Assembly: GCA_905235605.1 (NCBI GenBank)
Contig: CAJOMF010000014.1
Location: 4,662 to 68,661 of the forward strand
Reading direction: 5' to 3'
From: an uncultured bacterium
GTDB taxonomy: Bacteria; UBP6; UBA1177
DNA length: 64,000 nucleotides
Made by a program: the position numbers and the translations under genes. The notes below the pieces were generated by a model. It made no database searches. It was given only the letters and a program-made list of their open reading frames with translations, and was not told the DNA's origin. Of this stretch, positions 63,220 through 64,000 are shown one piece after another (the stretch's first letter is position 1; each line of letters opens with the position of its first letter).

Positions 63220-64000
63220 ATGAGACGCAGGGAATCAGAAACTCTTGAATTCAAAAAAACAACAGCCCAGTTGAAGGAGGCAGTTATTTCTATTTGTGCA
63301 ATGCTGAACAAACACAATGTCGGTATTGTCTATTTCGGAATCAAAGACGATGGTTCCGTGTTTGGCCAGGATATAGGCAGAAAAACACTTTCCGACATAT
63401 CGCATGAATTGAGAAATAACCTGAAACCTACTCCGGGCATTTCGATAACATCAGAAACTATAGATGAAAAAAATGTTATTAAAGTCTTTGCTACAGGTGA
63501 CGACACGCCGTATTCCGCCTACGGACGCTACTACATAAGGATACATGATGTCGATGTTTTCATGGATTCGGGACTTTTGTGGAAATATTTCGAATCGAAA
63601 GAAAAAACCTATTCCAAGTGGGAGGAAAAAACGACATCTTTCAATATTGATCATGTAAACGAAGATCTTTTGATTCACTATATAAGAAGTGCGAATGATA
63701 CCGGCAGACTAAACTATATTTACAGGAATCCGGAAGAGGCTTTGAGAAAATTGAATCTTATAGATGAAGATGGGTTTCTGAATAATGCCGGATATTTTTT
63801 GTTCGGGAACGACGGTCCTGTGCTCCTGAAGGAAGTGATTTATCCGACAGACGAACGGAACTCTTTTACCGATTTGAAGCAATTCAGGGGAAATATTATC
63901 GAGTGCATCGGCGAAGGGTTGAAATATATACAGAACAACATTCACTATCTTTCCGAGATTGTCGGAACAAGGCGCGTGGAAACGCCCGAAATTCCGTTGG
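63220..64000 (+). CDS. AlbA_2 (Schlafen-like) DNA-binding-domain protein, partial (continues past window end)
   Basis: N-terminal ESETLEFKKTT…GIVYFGIKDDGSVFG matches the AlbA_2 putative DNA-binding domain found in ATP-dependent regulator-like proteins. The frame stays open to 64000. Track ORFs 63451-63678 and 63709-63945 are antisense to it. Confidence 0.55.
   Translation, partial: MRRRESETLEFKKTTAQLKEAVISICAMLNKHNVGIVYFGIKDDGSVFGQDIGRKTLSDISHELRNNLKPTPGISITSETIDEKNVIKVFATGDDTPYSAYGRYYIRIHDVDVFMDSGLLWKYFESKEKTYSKWEEKTTSFNIDHVNEDLLIHYIRSANDTGRLNYIYRNPEEALRKLNLIDEDGFLNNAGYFLFGNDGPVLLKEVIYPTDERNSFTDLKQFRGNIIECIGEGLKYIQNNIHYLSEIVGTRRVETPEIPL

Noticed and set aside
63451-63945. Minus-strand ORFs 63451-63678 and 63709-63945
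   Set aside because: Antisense to an open plus-strand frame from 63220 that has a strong promoter, RBS and AlbA_2 N-terminal motif.

Overview
This 64-kb window looks like a Fibrobacter-type genome, judging by the recurring DUF1566 / Fib_succ_major lipoproteins and LVIVD beta-propellers. Core housekeeping genes are interleaved with accessory insertions.

Core genes, by coordinate:
- 1-2488 (-): zinc-ribbon + P-loop STAND-like ATPase, partial.
- 2514-7827 (-): apbE, bamA, lolD, lolE.
- 8954-12327 (+): PP2C phosphatase fused to a cNMP-binding domain, then an Slt lytic transglycosylase.
- 12354-16332 (-): rsmG, mnmG, mnmE.
- 17512-18261 (-): steroid-5-alpha-reductase-family membrane protein.
- 19308-21875 (+): secreted HEFGH zinc metalloprotease.
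- 22031-22549 (+): CarD/CdnL regulator behind a canonical TTGACA-N16-TATAAT promoter.
- 22922-28608 (-): two tandem LVIVD-repeat beta-propeller lipoprotein paralogs. The second is split by a homopolymer frameshift.
- 28825-33210: DUF1566 lipoprotein, outer-membrane beta-barrel, ACT protein, hotdog thioesterase, UDP-glucuronate decarboxylase.
- 33530-36783: AT-rich islet with a RhuM-family protein, a frameshifted DUF1566 gene and a class-II Fic AMPylase.
- 36783-44647: PMM/PGM, a DUF4143 ATPase, TsaB, a ClpA/C-like ATPase, an LPP20 lipoprotein and a MORN-repeat protein.

Accessory island, about 44.65-59.56 kb. It is visibly AT-richer than its flanks, ends at a minus-strand tRNA cluster (Leu-UAA 59681-59768, Cys-GCA 59786-59859, Gly-GCC 59898-59973) and has no integrase.
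- Module 1, five co-oriented genes (44668-49234) plus a large helicase:
  - 44668-45480 (-): sigma-70-like protein.
  - 49227-52214 (-): Upf1-like SF1B helicase with a ~480-aa uncharacterised N-terminus.
- 52315-54048 (-): triple-DUF1566 lipoprotein, between the two modules.
- Module 2, a translationally coupled cassette (54074-58389):
  - XRE-HTH / PIN / ankyrin protein.
  - MoaA/viperin-like radical SAM enzyme.
  - Udk-like P-loop kinase fused to a HAD phosphatase.
  - Upp-like phosphoribosyltransferase.
  - Small zinc-ribbon protein.
  This is my best candidate for an undescribed modified-nucleotide (antiviral or nucleoside-analogue) system.
- A conserved ~33-bp motif, TATAAGCGGTGAAAAA-N8-GTTGACAA, sits 5' of five island transcription units.

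Downstream of the tRNAs:
- 60412-61449 (+): DUF1566 lipoprotein.
- 61566-62918 (-): second DUF4143 ATPase.
- 63220 onward (+): AlbA_2/Schlafen-type gene, partial.
- These sit among several families of short direct repeats.

No CRISPR array, rRNA or transposase was seen. All domain assignments are from motif reading by eye. No searches were run.
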